A stretch of DNA of 64,000 nucleotides, taken from positions 3,151 to 67,150 of the forward strand of contig CAZLNP010000005.1 in assembly GCA_964561085.1 (NCBI GenBank), given 5' to 3'. The position numbers and the translations under genes were made by a program. Below are positions 49,574 to 60,736 of this stretch, piece by piece. The notes below the pieces were generated by a model. The model had not been told where the DNA came from. It worked only from the letters and a program-made list of their open reading frames with translations, and did not search any database. Position 1 is the stretch's first letter; each line of letters starts with the position of its first letter. The DNA is from an uncultured Candidatus Saccharibacteria bacterium. Its GTDB lineage: Bacteria > Patescibacteriota > Doudnabacteria > UBA920.

Positions 49574-50059
49574 ATGTTAACTATCCGCCTACAACGCGCT
49601 GGTAAAAAGAATAAACCGGAATACCGAGTTATTCTTGCAGATAAAACTGCAGCTGCGCAAAAGAAATTTACCGAGATCCTCGGTTCTTATAATCCACACA
49701 CTAAAGCTTTGAACATTCGTAGCCAAGAACGTCTGGATTACTGGATGAAAGAACAACACGTACCACTTTCTGCTACAGTGCAAAACCTTTTTGTCACTAA
49801 AGAAATTATCAAAGGTACTAAGACTAAAGCTTTTACAATTCCTAAGAAGGAAGTAGTAGCTGAAGAAGTTAAAGAAGATGTTGCTACAGATGCACCAGTT
49901 GCTGAAGCTCCTGCCGAAACTTCAACAGAAGTTGTTGCAGAAGCAGAGACTCCAGTTACACCTGAAGCTCCAGCAGAAGCTCCTGCTCCTGAAGTTGCAC
50001 CAGTAGAAACTCCTGTTGAAGTAGTTGCTGAAGAGGCTAAAGAAGAAGAAAAAGCTTAA
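49574..50059 (+). CDS. rpsP: 30S ribosomal protein S16 with acidic Ala/Glu/Pro tail
   Basis: MLTIRLQRAGKKNKPEYRV...LGSYNP. Confidence 0.95.
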   Translation: MLTIRLQRAGKKNKPEYRVILADKTAAAQKKFTEILGSYNPHTKALNIRSQERLDYWMKEQHVPLSATVQNLFVTKEIIKGTKTKAFTIPKKEVVAEEVKEDVATDAPVAEAPAETSTEVVAEAETPVTPEAPAEAPAPEVAPVETPVEVVAEEAKEEEKA

Positions 50060-50236
50060 CCAAACATAATCCCGCCTTTACGGTGGGATTTTTTGTGTCC
50101 AAATAGACCCCTTGACATAATCGTAAGATTGTACTATGATACTACGAAATTTTAGCGTATAATAAGGTTACAATTTCATTATGGCTATGATTCACTGGCC
50201 ATGGTTGTACATTCCGAATTACATTAGGGGGTAATT

Positions 50237-51634
50237 ATGAAGAACAGATTAGTATGTTTTGTCGTTCTTGCGATTGTGGTTTTAATGCCGCATTCGCTAA
50301 ACGCTCAGACTCGCCAACTCTCATTGAGAGGAATAGTGAGAGAGCTTGTTGTGGAAATGGATGCTGGGCGTTCGGAAAGTAAGTATTTTCTAGAAGTTGA
50401 TGGAGACTCTTATCCGTTAACAACGAAATTAGATCTAAGTTCGCTTGCGAACTATAAGGTCGAAGTTCTTGGGAAACTTACCAACAACACCGTTCGCGTT
50501 TCTAGTGCCTTGCCTTTGGAAGAGATTCCGGAAGTTAGACAAAAGATCTTTCCCAATGGTATGCACTCCTTTGATGTCGAATCAAAGGAAGATCACAGGC
50601 TTGCGGTGTTCACGCCTGCTCCAACAGAAGGTATTAGGAATATAGGTTTCTTTGGTTTTAAGTTTTCTGATGATCTTAGTGAACCGCTTAGTCCTGAGCA
50701 AATTTACAACCTTACGTTGGCCTCTGATGTTCAAGGTCCAACGCTCAAGGGGCTTATTGATAAGGCTGCTGGGTCAAAATTCTCGATTACTGGATTAGTG
50801 CATCCTGAATGGATTACTATTCCTCATACTCGAGCTTTCTGCGCAGCTGGTGCAAATATGTTTAATGCTTGCACTAATTCAGCGAAGAGTCTCTTGCAAG
50901 ATCGAGGTGTAATCCTTTCCTCTTATAAAACATTAGCCTTTTTCCATCCACCCATTCCTGGTAGCACTGTTGGCCCTATGGCCACCCAAGGAGTAAAGGG
51001 CGATTCAAGTGTTCAGGGAACAATATGGGTGCCATTAACACCTTCGGCCATCAGCAGGCTTCCACAGATCTTAGCTCATGAGTTAGGTCACAATCTTGGT
51101 TTTGGCCACTCTGGTGCAATGGGCGGTGATGGACAAGTTTACACCGTCGCAGATAGAGGTTGCTATATGGGTGGTTCGATGGCGATGCTAAATATTTATT
51201 ATAGGATAATGGCTGGCTGGGTTACAGGTAAAATAGTAACCATCAGCGGTCCAGGAACTTATGATGTGTATTTGCACCCAGCAGATAAAGTAGTAAAAGG
51301 GAATAAAGGTGTGGTTATCCAAACCCGTGATTCTAATGGAGTGCAACATGCTGACCTCACTTTTATCGAGGCGAGGAGGTTATTGCTACCATATGAGGAT
51401 TTCCTCCAAAACATGTCCTATGCCACTGGGGCAATTATCAGGAAAGGGTTGCAAGATATGACCTTGGCGCAAAGTGTGCCAACGGTGCTACCAACATCAA
51501 CCAATCCCAATCCTGACTTTAACCCATTACAATTGGGAGATGTTTATACTGACTCAACTAAGGGACTGACTGTTCAGCATTTTCCATCTTCGATTTCCAG
51601 AGGGATGTGGCTTCGGATTACTCTTAACCAGTGA
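50237..51634 (+). CDS. Secreted metzincin metalloprotease (M11-like)
   Basis: Signal peptide; HELGHNLGFGH; Met-turn CYMG. Confidence 0.8.
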   Translation: MKNRLVCFVVLAIVVLMPHSLNAQTRQLSLRGIVRELVVEMDAGRSESKYFLEVDGDSYPLTTKLDLSSLANYKVEVLGKLTNNTVRVSSALPLEEIPEVRQKIFPNGMHSFDVESKEDHRLAVFTPAPTEGIRNIGFFGFKFSDDLSEPLSPEQIYNLTLASDVQGPTLKGLIDKAAGSKFSITGLVHPEWITIPHTRAFCAAGANMFNACTNSAKSLLQDRGVILSSYKTLAFFHPPIPGSTVGPMATQGVKGDSSVQGTIWVPLTPSAISRLPQILAHELGHNLGFGHSGAMGGDGQVYTVADRGCYMGGSMAMLNIYYRIMAGWVTGKIVTISGPGTYDVYLHPADKVVKGNKGVVIQTRDSNGVQHADLTFIEARRLLLPYEDFLQNMSYATGAIIRKGLQDMTLAQSVPTVLPTSTNPNPDFNPLQLGDVYTDSTKGLTVQHFPSSISRGMWLRITLNQ

Positions 51635-51770
51635 TTCGGAGTAGTACCCCCTACTGTGAATATTTTGGCCGCGCTTCAATGTAAGTGCGGTCTTTTTTTT
51701 TGACTTTAGTTAAAATTTATGCTATACTAATCGTAGATTACTTAGTGCAAGAAATAAAAAAAATACAAAA

Positions 51771-52247
51771 ATGAATAAGAAGATAGAACTCATCGCAATT
51801 ATTGTTGGTCTTGGGGCTGTTGTAGCCGCAGGTTTTTATTTTTATAACCAACAGAATTTAGATAAAGTTGCAGAGATTGAGAACGTACCCTTCTCAGTAG
51901 ATAAAAAAGAACTTAATACAACACAGGTTCCAAGTGGATTTCCTGCAGATTTCCCAGTAGAACCGGGGTCTCGCATAGTAAAGAACTATGAAGCTACTAC
52001 TAGCGACGGAAGACTTCAGTCTACTAGGTCTCTCACAACAAATAAAACCTTAGAACAAGCCGCACAAAGCTACGCTGATTATTTCATCGATCTTGGTTGG
52101 ACTGAAGTTGAGTCTCAAAATCCAGATTCTAATACTTCTAATTCGTTATTGCGAAGAAAAGATAATATATTGCTGATAGTTGCTAGGAACAATCCTGCTA
52201 CTAAAGAAAAAACAGTGGAAGTTACTCTCACTGAAGCAGCTAAATAA
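51771..52247 (+). CDS. Membrane-anchored hypothetical protein (paralog of 55689-56177)
   Basis: N-terminal TM; PSGFPADFPVEP...NYEA...DGRLQSTR. Confidence 0.75.
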   Translation: MNKKIELIAIIVGLGAVVAAGFYFYNQQNLDKVAEIENVPFSVDKKELNTTQVPSGFPADFPVEPGSRIVKNYEATTSDGRLQSTRSLTTNKTLEQAAQSYADYFIDLGWTEVESQNPDSNTSNSLLRRKDNILLIVARNNPATKEKTVEVTLTEAAK

Positions 52248-52264
52248 AACAAAAATTAATAATT

Positions 52265-55200
52265 ATGAAAATCAAAAATTTTTACATTTCATTTATAGCA
52301 GCTGCAATTACATTAAGTTCTTTTGTTCCTGTTTTACCAGCTGAAGTACTTCCCCGAGTTTTAGAAACAAAAGTAGTTAGAGCAGCAGAAGATCAACCAA
52401 ACTGGTTCCAAGTAAGCGTTAAAGATCATAATTGTAGCGACCAAACAGGCTCTTCTTCTTTAGTAGGTCCTAATGGATCAGCTGCGGCTACAGATTCAAA
52501 CGCAAAGGACCCTGATTGTGGTAATATTAGTTTTAATACTTCTAGTGTCTCAGGTGTTGGTTTAACTGAGACTATATATAACAATGACTTCCGTATTGGC
52601 ACTAGACTAGCAGAAAGCGAAAGTGGTTGTAGTCGTGATGCTGGTGATATCCGTTGGACACCATGGGCGTCTGAAGGCGGAGGAGCCGGTTGGGGTGCAA
52701 CAGCAAACTCAAACGTTAACGATCCAGACTGTTTATGGATTCATTATGAAACTCGTCCTTTGCCAGCTGGAATCTTAATTCAAGATGTTCGCGCCGGAAT
52801 TTCTACAGGACACGGTGGTTTTGCATTTACCCCTTGGGCTCGCCAAGGTGGCGGATCTTCATCTTATTCTGGTGGTGGTAACATAAGCCCAGCTAGATTA
52901 TTTTTGGATGTGAGATTAGTAGATGTATATGATGCAGAGTATGTTTCTGATACTGTTCCAGCTTCAATGAACCGTGGGCAGAGTGGAGACTATGAGATTG
53001 TAATGAAGAACAAAGCAACCACTTGGCAAACAGATTTCCCTTCATATGCACAAACAGATGAATGCTCTTCTCAACAGCCAGAAGATGTTCAAGAGGGAGA
53101 AACTTGTACTGCTGTTGTTCAAGGTCATTCTACAAAAATCAAGCTAAAAAGCTTAAATGATATTACTGGCATAACCACAACCCCGGAGCCAGAATTAGAA
53201 TATCGTCGTGAAATAGTTCGTGAATATGTAGCTGCGGATGTGTGTATTAACTTCGATGGTTCTTTTGCAGGCCCAAGCGGTGGCGGTGTAGAAGGTGGTG
53301 GCGACGAAGGAATTAAGGGTGGTTTTTTGACACCTTTAATTAAAACAGCACAAGCGTTGCGTCTGCCAGATGATATTGAACCAGGCGACACAGGTCCTTA
53401 TTGTAATGAATGGGGATATATGTTTGCGCTAGTTAACCAAACTCCTACAAATATGAACATCGTAAATGAAGACGATGGATCATTCCCAATCTCGGTGCAG
53501 ATTGGTGCTACAGCCACTAATGGTACTCATACTTTGCAGTACCAGATGGTAAATTTAGATACAAATGAACTCTTCGGTGAAATTGCTAACATTGATATCT
53601 CTATTGGTGCTGGGTTAAACTGCGGCTTAGATGTCACTGTTCCTGTGGGAACCGAAGCGCAATATGCTATCGCGGCAACTGGAACCCCTTCTGCTCCAAT
53701 TTCTGTCACTATGTCTAGCGCGCCAACCGGTCCAACAATGATTAATAACCCGCCAGTTCAGAACAATCCATTAGTCCTGAACTCGGGAAATAGTTTCGCA
53801 GGCACAGCTTATGTCGCTACAACAGGATTAACCGCTGGTTCATACATCCTAACTTTTACAGGCGATAACGGAAGCAGTTGTCAGTCAAATTTGCTGCTAA
53901 CAGCAATACAACCAACCGTAAGCCTATTCTTTAATGGTTCCGGTACTCCTGTTGTGTTAGGTGTTGGTATAACTTCTGGAACTCTCAGTTGGACGACAGA
54001 AAATGCTGCTAGTTGTACCGCATCGACTAACCCAGGTACTAATTCCATTACTCCACAATGGGACAATTCAACTGTTATTAGTTTGCCTGATGGCTCTCTG
54101 GCAGTATCAAACATTCAACCTGGTATTTTATATACCTTTGCTATTACATGCACTAGTAGTACTGGCGATTCTACATATGGCTCAGTCCAAGTTTCAACAA
54201 CCGCAGTTGTCCCACCAGTTCCTACAGCTAATATTCAATGTCAGGGATCGGTACGTGGTATAACAGAAGGTCCTTGTGGAATTGGTTACGGTGAGTCAGG
54301 AACAATTTTCTGGTCATCAACAGATGCTACCGCATGTTCCATTGATAATGGTATAGGTAGTGGCCTTGATCCAAATAATTCTACTATTGGAGTTTCAACA
54401 GGAAACTTGTATTCAACTACTACTTTCACAATTACATGTAGCGGACCTGGCGGAACAAGCGCACCTGACTCCGTTGTATTTGATGTTCCAACTGTTCAGC
54501 CATCATTCACGCTAACATGTACCCCTGCATCAATTAGTCTTCCACAAGGAAGCACTGGTAGTTTTGATCTAGAAACAACAGGGCTTTATGGTTTCGCAGA
54601 TAGAGTTGATTTCTCAAACACTGATATATCTCCAAGACCGGATACTGCACCAGGAATTACTTTTGACAACAATGGACAAGTTCCAGATGCGGTAACAACT
54701 GCATTAGTCGATACTTCAGGTGCAACCCCTGGAATTTTCACTTTAACATTTGAAGGCACTGGTGGTGGCAATACAGAAAGCTGTAGCGTAGAATTAGAAA
54801 TTACTTCTATTAATCCACCTACAGTAGACATTGCTGTCACTGCATCAAATGCTAATTGTGGAACTATCGACATATCATGGAAAAACCCTGGAGGTTCTCC
54901 GGACCCAGGCTCCTTCCGTGTTTACCACAGACTTACTACTAAAGAACCATGGGTTCAAATAGGTGAAAAAGATACTACTTATGATCCTAGTGGTTCATAT
55001 GTGGTGACTCACTCCGAGAGCCCACCATTAAGCTTAGATTCTTCTAATTACTATGCAGTCACAGCTCTATTTAGCGGAATAGAATCTGATTATGTACTTG
55101 CAGACCCTACTTCTATCATTCCTCAAGCCTGTTCGCCAAACACAAGCCGTTCAGATAAAGACGTACTTTCTGTAGCTGGTCAAATTAATAAAACCTTTAA

Positions 55201-55660
55201 CGCAGTAGCGTGTAGTGGTGTATCAGAAATTGCTTCTCTACCAAATAATGCTGTGTTTGCACCTGGAGATAGGGTTACTTTCCAAATTAACGTTTGTAAT
55301 TCAGGAGCAGGAACACTTACTGGTGTTTCAGTCTTCGATACCCTGAAGAACCTTTCAGGTGTTACAGATATCAGTTCGCCACAGGGATGTATAAATGGTC
55401 AAAATTACGATGAAAAGAGCGGTACTATTAGCTTTGACCTAGCTGATATTGGCCCTGGGGATGTTTCAACTCAGTCTTGTAGCATAGTATTCACAGCTAC
55501 AGTGACTGCACCAGAGGCTGCTACAGGAGCTCTATACAGATTCCAAAATATTGCTAACATCACAACCAACGAATTGGCTCAGTATCAAGTTCTAACACCA
55601 CCATATTTGTTTAGCTTAACTGGCGGTGTGCCAGACCGTACTGAAACAGCTCCTAATTAA
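52265..55660 (+). CDS. Large secreted Cys/Thr/Gly-rich surface protein with Ig-like modules
   Basis: Signal peptide; NBR1-Ig-like DAEYVSDTVP; repeated LSW..NA.SC / FTITC modules; C-terminal DUF11-like PGDRVTFQINVCNSG. Confidence 0.8.
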   Translation: MKIKNFYISFIAAAITLSSFVPVLPAEVLPRVLETKVVRAAEDQPNWFQVSVKDHNCSDQTGSSSLVGPNGSAAATDSNAKDPDCGNISFNTSSVSGVGLTETIYNNDFRIGTRLAESESGCSRDAGDIRWTPWASEGGGAGWGATANSNVNDPDCLWIHYETRPLPAGILIQDVRAGISTGHGGFAFTPWARQGGGSSSYSGGGNISPARLFLDVRLVDVYDAEYVSDTVPASMNRGQSGDYEIVMKNKATTWQTDFPSYAQTDECSSQQPEDVQEGETCTAVVQGHSTKIKLKSLNDITGITTTPEPELEYRREIVREYVAADVCINFDGSFAGPSGGGVEGGGDEGIKGGFLTPLIKTAQALRLPDDIEPGDTGPYCNEWGYMFALVNQTPTNMNIVNEDDGSFPISVQIGATATNGTHTLQYQMVNLDTNELFGEIANIDISIGAGLNCGLDVTVPVGTEAQYAIAATGTPSAPISVTMSSAPTGPTMINNPPVQNNPLVLNSGNSFAGTAYVATTGLTAGSYILTFTGDNGSSCQSNLLLTAIQPTVSLFFNGSGTPVVLGVGITSGTLSWTTENAASCTASTNPGTNSITPQWDNSTVISLPDGSLAVSNIQPGILYTFAITCTSSTGDSTYGSVQVSTTAVVPPVPTANIQCQGSVRGITEGPCGIGYGESGTIFWSSTDATACSIDNGIGSGLDPNNSTIGVSTGNLYSTTTFTITCSGPGGTSAPDSVVFDVPTVQPSFTLTCTPASISLPQGSTGSFDLETTGLYGFADRVDFSNTDISPRPDTAPGITFDNNGQVPDAVTTALVDTSGATPGIFTLTFEGTGGGNTESCSVELEITSINPPTVDIAVTASNANCGTIDISWKNPGGSPDPGSFRVYHRLTTKEPWVQIGEKDTTYDPSGSYVVTHSESPPLSLDSSNYYAVTALFSGIESDYVLADPTSIIPQACSPNTSRSDKDVLSVAGQINKTFNAVACSGVSEIASLPNNAVFAPGDRVTFQINVCNSGAGTLTGVSVFDTLKNLSGVTDISSPQGCINGQNYDEKSGTISFDLADIGPGDVSTQSCSIVFTATVTAPEAATGALYRFQNIANITTNELAQYQVLTPPYLFSLTGGVPDRTETAPN

Positions 55661-55688
55661 GAGTTAGTAAAAATAATATACAAACAAA

Positions 55689-56177
55689 ATGAATTACGAA
55701 GACTCTGTTAAAAAAATTCTAGTAGTTATAATCATGATTGTGGCATTTGCCATAGGAACTACTTTGGTTGTAAGTCTGTTTATGAATGATTCAGGCGCAC
55801 CATCAACTCAGCAGGCAGACGATAATAGCATTGTTGAAAAAAGTGATGTATCCGACAGTCGGTTACCAGATAAGTTCCCCACAAATCTACCTACAGAACC
55901 GAATGCAGTAGTGACTCAAAATTATAATGCTGTTGCGGATGATGGTAGATTCCAAGCAACAAGAACTTACGAGACTACAAAGACTTTGTCGGAGAACTTA
56001 ACTATTTATAGACAGTACTTAAATAGCAATGGCTGGGATATCGAGTCTACTGTTGACCAACCGACTTACAAAAAAATTAGTGGTAAAAAAGGAATTCAAA
56101 AGCTTCAAGTTTCTATTAGTGAAAATGAAACTACTAAAGTTAAAACCGTTTCTATTTCCTTGACCGAGCTTCCTTAA
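55689..56177 (+). CDS. Membrane-anchored hypothetical protein (paralog of 51771-52247)
   Basis: PDKFPTNLPTEP...NYNA...DGRFQATR...TTKTL. Confidence 0.75.
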   Translation: MNYEDSVKKILVVIIMIVAFAIGTTLVVSLFMNDSGAPSTQQADDNSIVEKSDVSDSRLPDKFPTNLPTEPNAVVTQNYNAVADDGRFQATRTYETTKTLSENLTIYRQYLNSNGWDIESTVDQPTYKKISGKKGIQKLQVSISENETTKVKTVSISLTELP

Positions 56178-56262
56178 TTTGATATGATGCGAGTGCAATA
56201 GAGGCTCAGTTAGAAAAGGTCGAAGCCAACACTTCTATAGCAGAAAATCTAACAGAACGAAC

Positions 56263-56628
56263 ATGGAGAATGATCAAGAATTTGTTGAATACATCATCAA
56301 AGCGTTAGTAGATAACCCGGCAGATGTTCGCACAGATCGCACAGTTGATGAAATGGGTGTATTAATTACACTACACATCAATCCTGCAGACATGGGTCAA
56401 GTTATTGGCCGTATGGGTCAAACAGCAAAAGCTGTTCGCACCCTTCTACGCGTAGTTGGTGCTAAACACAAGGCTCGTGTTAACTTGAAGATTGATGAAC
56501 CAGAAGGTTCTCACCGTGGCCCTCGTCGTGAATACGGCGATCGCAACAACACTCCTGCAAGCGATAACTCTCAGGAAGTACATCCTGCAGAAGCTACCGC
56601 TCCAGACATGGACGACTTCAAGCTTTAA
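56263..56628 (+). CDS. khpA: KH-domain RNA-binding protein KhpA
   Basis: EYIIKALVDNP...DMGQVIGRMGQTAKAVRTLL; rpsP-trmD context. Confidence 0.92.
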   Translation: MENDQEFVEYIIKALVDNPADVRTDRTVDEMGVLITLHINPADMGQVIGRMGQTAKAVRTLLRVVGAKHKARVNLKIDEPEGSHRGPRREYGDRNNTPASDNSQEVHPAEATAPDMDDFKL

Positions 56629-56686
56629 TCTAAAGATAAAAACCAAACCCGCGCTTTATTGCGGGTTTTGTTTTATAATTAACAGT

Positions 56687-56995
56687 ATGAGTGAAAGGTC
56701 TACAAAATTCCGAAAATGGATATTAAGCTTGTACTGGTTGTACTTTTTTTATCATTTAATTCGCGATATACTGCAAATCTATCATGTTGATTCTTTCTTG
56801 ACTACAATAGCATCGCGCAGTAATCATCAATGGTGCAGAGGTGATATCAACTACTGTAGTTATATAACTTTTCCAGTTGAACTTTTTGCCTTAATTGCGA
56901 TTCCTTTAATTTGGAATAGGCCTAGAGTAGGGACTGTCGAAGTCTTAGTTTATATAACTTTTCCTTTGTTAGTATTAATGTGGGTGTTGCCATAA
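56687..56995 (+). CDS. Small membrane protein
   Basis: ATG 56687 right after TATAAT; YHLIRDILQ; hydrophobic helices. Confidence 0.65.
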   Translation: MSERSTKFRKWILSLYWLYFFYHLIRDILQIYHVDSFLTTIASRSNHQWCRGDINYCSYITFPVELFALIAIPLIWNRPRVGTVEVLVYITFPLLVLMWVLP

Positions 56996-56998
56996 AAT

Positions 56999-57712
56999 AT
57001 GAAAAAGAGAATATCCGTTTCAATAATCACTTTATTTCCTGAGTTCATCGACCAGTACGCTGGGTTCGGTATCATTGCTCGGGCAATTAAGAATAAACTT
57101 TTAAAAATAAGTGCAGTGAACCTGCGCCGTTTTGCTATTGATAAACGAGGGACTGTAGATGACAGACCTTACGGCGGTGGACTTGGAATGGTGCTTCGCC
57201 CTGATGTTGTGATTAAAGCAATCAACAAGCTTCGTGGCCGTCCTTCTACTAAAAAAACGCGAGTAGTTCTTATGACACCGCAAGGAAAACCTTTTACTCA
57301 AGCAATCGCTCGAAAGCTTTCCACCTATGATCATATTGTTTTTGTTTCTGGTCGCTACGAAGGCTTCGATGAACGAGTTCGTAAATTTGTAGATGAAGAA
57401 ATTTCCATTGGTGATTATGTTTTAATGGGCGGCGAAATTCCGGCGTTGGTAATAACAGAAGCAGTACTCCGCTTGGTACCTGGAGTTTTGGGTAAAGATG
57501 ATTCCGCAGATAAAGAAAGTTTTACAGAATCGATGCTAGAGTTCCCACAATACACTAAGCCCGAAGTTTTGGAAGTAAAAGTAAATGGCAAAGTTAAGAA
57601 AATGCCCGTGCCAAAAGTTTTGCTGAGTGGGCATCATTTAAATATTGAAAAGTGGCGCGCGGAAGAGGCTATTAGTCGTACGCAAAAGCGTCGTCCAGAT
57701 TTACTGAAATAA
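56999..57712 (+). CDS. trmD: tRNA (guanine37-N1)-methyltransferase
   Basis: ITLFPE, VDDRPYGGGLGM, GRYEGFDER, SIGDYVL. Confidence 0.97.
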   Translation: MKKRISVSIITLFPEFIDQYAGFGIIARAIKNKLLKISAVNLRRFAIDKRGTVDDRPYGGGLGMVLRPDVVIKAINKLRGRPSTKKTRVVLMTPQGKPFTQAIARKLSTYDHIVFVSGRYEGFDERVRKFVDEEISIGDYVLMGGEIPALVITEAVLRLVPGVLGKDDSADKESFTESMLEFPQYTKPEVLEVKVNGKVKKMPVPKVLLSGHHLNIEKWRAEEAISRTQKRRPDLLK

Positions 57713-58654
57713 ATGCCACAACATAAATTTACAGTTGAAGATTTAAAAACACGTTTAGATAAATTTCTCGCAGAGAATTTGTCGGATTTGTCGCGTGGAA
57801 AAATTCAGAAAGACATAGAAGCTGGCGCGGTGAAGGTGAATGGCTTGGTAAAAGATTCGACAAAGTTCCCAGTGCGCAAAGATGACGTTGTGGAATACGA
57901 ACCAATTAAAGCCGATGAACACGGGCCTGTTAATATACCTATCCACACTTTATACAACAACCACGGGTTATTAATTTTAGATAAGCCAGCAGGACTTGCA
58001 GTACATCCAGGCGCAGGTTTCAAAGGGGATTCCTTAGCACAGGCGCTGTTGTATCATTTTAAAGATATTCACCTTGTAGGCGAAGAGGGTCGGAGCGGTA
58101 TAGTTCATAGACTAGATAAAGACACTAGTGGGGTGATGATGGTTGCCCTAACCCCAGAGATGTATGACCACTTAAAAGATGCTTTCCTAGAACGCAAGGT
58201 GCGAAAAGAATATTTTGCCTTAGTTAAGGGTAGAATTGATGAAAAGCACGGTAAAATTGACCTCCCTTTGGGTAAAAGTCAGAAAGATTTCCGTAAATAT
58301 ACTACAAATACAGCAGATATGGTCCGCGAAAAGCCATCTTTGACTGAGTACTGGGTAGAGCAGTATTATACTGCCGAAACTAAGGACGGGGTTGACTTTT
58401 ATACCCAAATTAAGGTAAAATTGCATACAGGTAGGACGCATCAGATTCGCGTCCATTTTTCCGCCCTCGGCTTTCCATTAGTAGGAGATGAACTCTACGG
58501 TGGCAAGAAAGTAATGAAGCTTGGTCTGCAAAGGCAATTCCTTCATTCTAAAAAGATTGAAGTGCAATTACCTGACCAACAATGGATTGAAGCAGAAGCA
58601 GAAATCCCTAAAGACTTGAAAGAAATTTTATCTAATTTAAAGAAATCTAACTAG
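57713..58654 (+). CDS. rluD: RluA/RluD family pseudouridine synthase
   Basis: S4 domain RLDKFL; HRLDKDTSG; [10 protein letters not shown]. Confidence 0.88.
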   Translation: MPQHKFTVEDLKTRLDKFLAENLSDLSRGKIQKDIEAGAVKVNGLVKDSTKFPVRKDDVVEYEPIKADEHGPVNIPIHTLYNNHGLLILDKPAGLAVHPGAGFKGDSLAQALLYHFKDIHLVGEEGRSGIVHRLDKDTSGVMMVALTPEMYDHLKDAFLERKVRKEYFALVKGRIDEKHGKIDLPLGKSQKDFRKYTTNTADMVREKPSLTEYWVEQYYTAETKDGVDFYTQIKVKLHTGRTHQIRVHFSALGFPLVGDELYGGKKVMKLGLQRQFLHSKKIEVQLPDQQWIEAEAEIPKDLKEILSNLKKSN

Positions 58655-58655
58655 T

Positions 58656-59075
58656 ATGCCAACTATAAAAAATTTAAGAGCAGAACAGTTGAAAGAATGG
58701 CCAAACTTTGAAGTTGGTAATACTGTTAAAGTACACAACCGCATTAAAGAAGGTGGTAAAGAACGTATTCAGATTTTTGAAGGCGTTGTTATCGCTCGTA
58801 AGGGTGGTAAAGGTACAAACGCAACTTTCATGGTTCGCAAGATTGCTTCCGGTGTTGGCGTTGAACGTATTTACCCTCTACACTCTCCAAACATTGCTAA
58901 GATCGAAGTATCTAAAGATGATACAGTTCGCCAAGCAAAGATTTATTACATTCGTGAAAAGCGTGATAATACTCCTCGCACACGTCGCAAGATTGTCATC
59001 ACTAAAAAGATGAAAGAAGCTGCAGCAAAGAAAGAAGCTGCTAAGAAAACAGCTAAGACTGAAGAAGTAGCTTAA
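58656..59075 (+). CDS. rplS: 50S ribosomal protein L19
   Basis: [29 protein letters not shown]. Confidence 0.97.
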   Translation: MPTIKNLRAEQLKEWPNFEVGNTVKVHNRIKEGGKERIQIFEGVVIARKGGKGTNATFMVRKIASGVGVERIYPLHSPNIAKIEVSKDDTVRQAKIYYIREKRDNTPRTRRKIVITKKMKEAAAKKEAAKKTAKTEEVA

Positions 59076-59240
59076 TACGAATTCCCAAACACCTCGAAAG
59101 GGGTGTTTTTGTTTGTGTCAAAGTAGAATTGACATCTCTAAATATTGGGAGCATTATATAAGCAACATCTGATTTTCGGGATGGACGTTAGAGTGGCGGA
59201 ATTTATATAATTGGGAAACCAACATAGTAGGAGGATAACT

Positions 59241-60038
59241 GTGAGCAAAGACTTATATGATTTAGCAAGGCGCATTTATGGCGCTACAAATGTATTGTTC
59301 GTTTATGCAGGAGATCGTTTCGAGATTTCTGCTGGCGACTCGGGGATCAAATTGATGCCGTTAAAGGCAGATATTTGCTCAAAAGAATTTTTTCGACAGT
59401 TAAAAGCACAGAAAGATGGAGTTTCAACGCTTTGTGTGCTGCGCGAAGATTTGTGCACCTGTTTTATGCAGGATGTTGAGAAAATATGGAACTTAGGAAT
59501 TAGGAATATATTTTGTTATGATAATGTATTCCAAATGTATTGTGATGTATTCCAAATGTTTGACTTCTCGAGTTTTACTATCGAGAAAAAGAAAATTCGA
59601 TATCAAGAAGGTCGATCAATTACTTTTGCCCCTTCCAGAAATTCTCCAAATGTTCGTGTCGGTGCAATTAACGATATTACCGCAAAAGTGCGGGAACATT
59701 TAGACGATTTCCACGGCATGCCTGCGTGGCTGGTCGCTCAGAAAATGCTCGATCTGCATCCCGGAATTAACATTGAGTTCCATGTATGGGCTCAAGCAAT
59801 AAGACAAGTAAGAGGGCAGGAGACTATGGCTAAATTTCCCCTGCTTCACGAACTCGTGAGTTGGATTATCCAGGAAAGCTCTCGTGAAGGGCTTGTCTTG
59901 GATTTCAGCGAAGAGAAGTCTTATGAAGATTTGCTCTCCATGTGCTTAATACACATTAAATTAAGTAAGACTTATTTGAATGTAAAGAACCTGAAAAAGG
60001 TTGTTGGGCATATTCAAAAGGAATCCGTTTTAGTTTAG
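59241..60038 (+). CDS. Hypothetical protein
   Basis: AGGAGG SD before GTG 59241; own promoter and terminator. Confidence 0.65.
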   Translation: MSKDLYDLARRIYGATNVLFVYAGDRFEISAGDSGIKLMPLKADICSKEFFRQLKAQKDGVSTLCVLREDLCTCFMQDVEKIWNLGIRNIFCYDNVFQMYCDVFQMFDFSSFTIEKKKIRYQEGRSITFAPSRNSPNVRVGAINDITAKVREHLDDFHGMPAWLVAQKMLDLHPGINIEFHVWAQAIRQVRGQETMAKFPLLHELVSWIIQESSREGLVLDFSEEKSYEDLLSMCLIHIKLSKTYLNVKNLKKVVGHIQKESVLV

Positions 60039-60114
60039 TCTTCTGTTTCAAACAGAAAAGCCGGTTGTGCAAACACGTTTTGCATCAACCGGCTCTTTTT
60101 TATGAGAAATTACT

Positions 60115-60726
60115 CTATGAAACGGAATTACTATCCCATTTATCCATAAATAATTTGGAAGCTGTTGCCTCAACGTCGTTCCAATTTAAATTTTTGAAGA
60201 ATGTTTCAATATAGTCTGCTCTGGCGACGCCGTAGTCTATCATGTAGGCGTGTTCGTAAACATCCAGCGCTACAAGAGGGGTAGCATGCCAAATTGGAAA
60301 GGCGTCGTGAGCATCTCCTAAGTAGTTGAAGATGCTACCATTCTGCCAGTCAAATGCAAACCATACCCAGCCACGAGCAGCTATTCCAGTAGCTTTCATG
60401 TCGGCCACCCAGTTCTCGTAAGAACCAAAAGTCTTTTCTATTTCTCCAGCAATCCAACCGGTCGGTTTAGCCCCATTACCGGAAAGATTTTGGAAATAAA
60501 GTTCATGGCTCTTTATACCGTTAACTGCAAAAGAGTAACCCATTTTTAGTGATCGCAATTCAGACTGAGTTGCGTTAGCTGTGCTCAAGTCAACGGTCTT
60601 AAGTTTTTCTTGAATCTCGTTAGCTTTTTTAACATAGCCTTCGTAGAGTTTGTAGTGCTCGCCCATTAAACGTTCAGACATTCCGTCTATCCCGTTAATA
60701 GATTCGAATTGTTTTGCTTCAAACAT
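60115..60726 (-). CDS. sod: Fe/Mn superoxide dismutase
   Basis: HYKLYEGYV, HELYF, LDVYEHAY. Confidence 0.92.
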   Translation of the reverse strand: MFEAKQFESINGIDGMSERLMGEHYKLYEGYVKKANEIQEKLKTVDLSTANATQSELRSLKMGYSFAVNGIKSHELYFQNLSGNGAKPTGWIAGEIEKTFGSYENWVADMKATGIAARGWVWFAFDWQNGSIFNYLGDAHDAFPIWHATPLVALDVYEHAYMIDYGVARADYIETFFKNLNWNDVEATASKLFMDKWDSNSVS

Positions 60727-60736
60727 GAGTTTGTTT

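Noticed and set aside
59524-59559. Duplicated ATGTATTCCAAATGT with 21-nt period
   Set aside because: A single in-frame micro-duplication (VFQM x2) with no further pattern.
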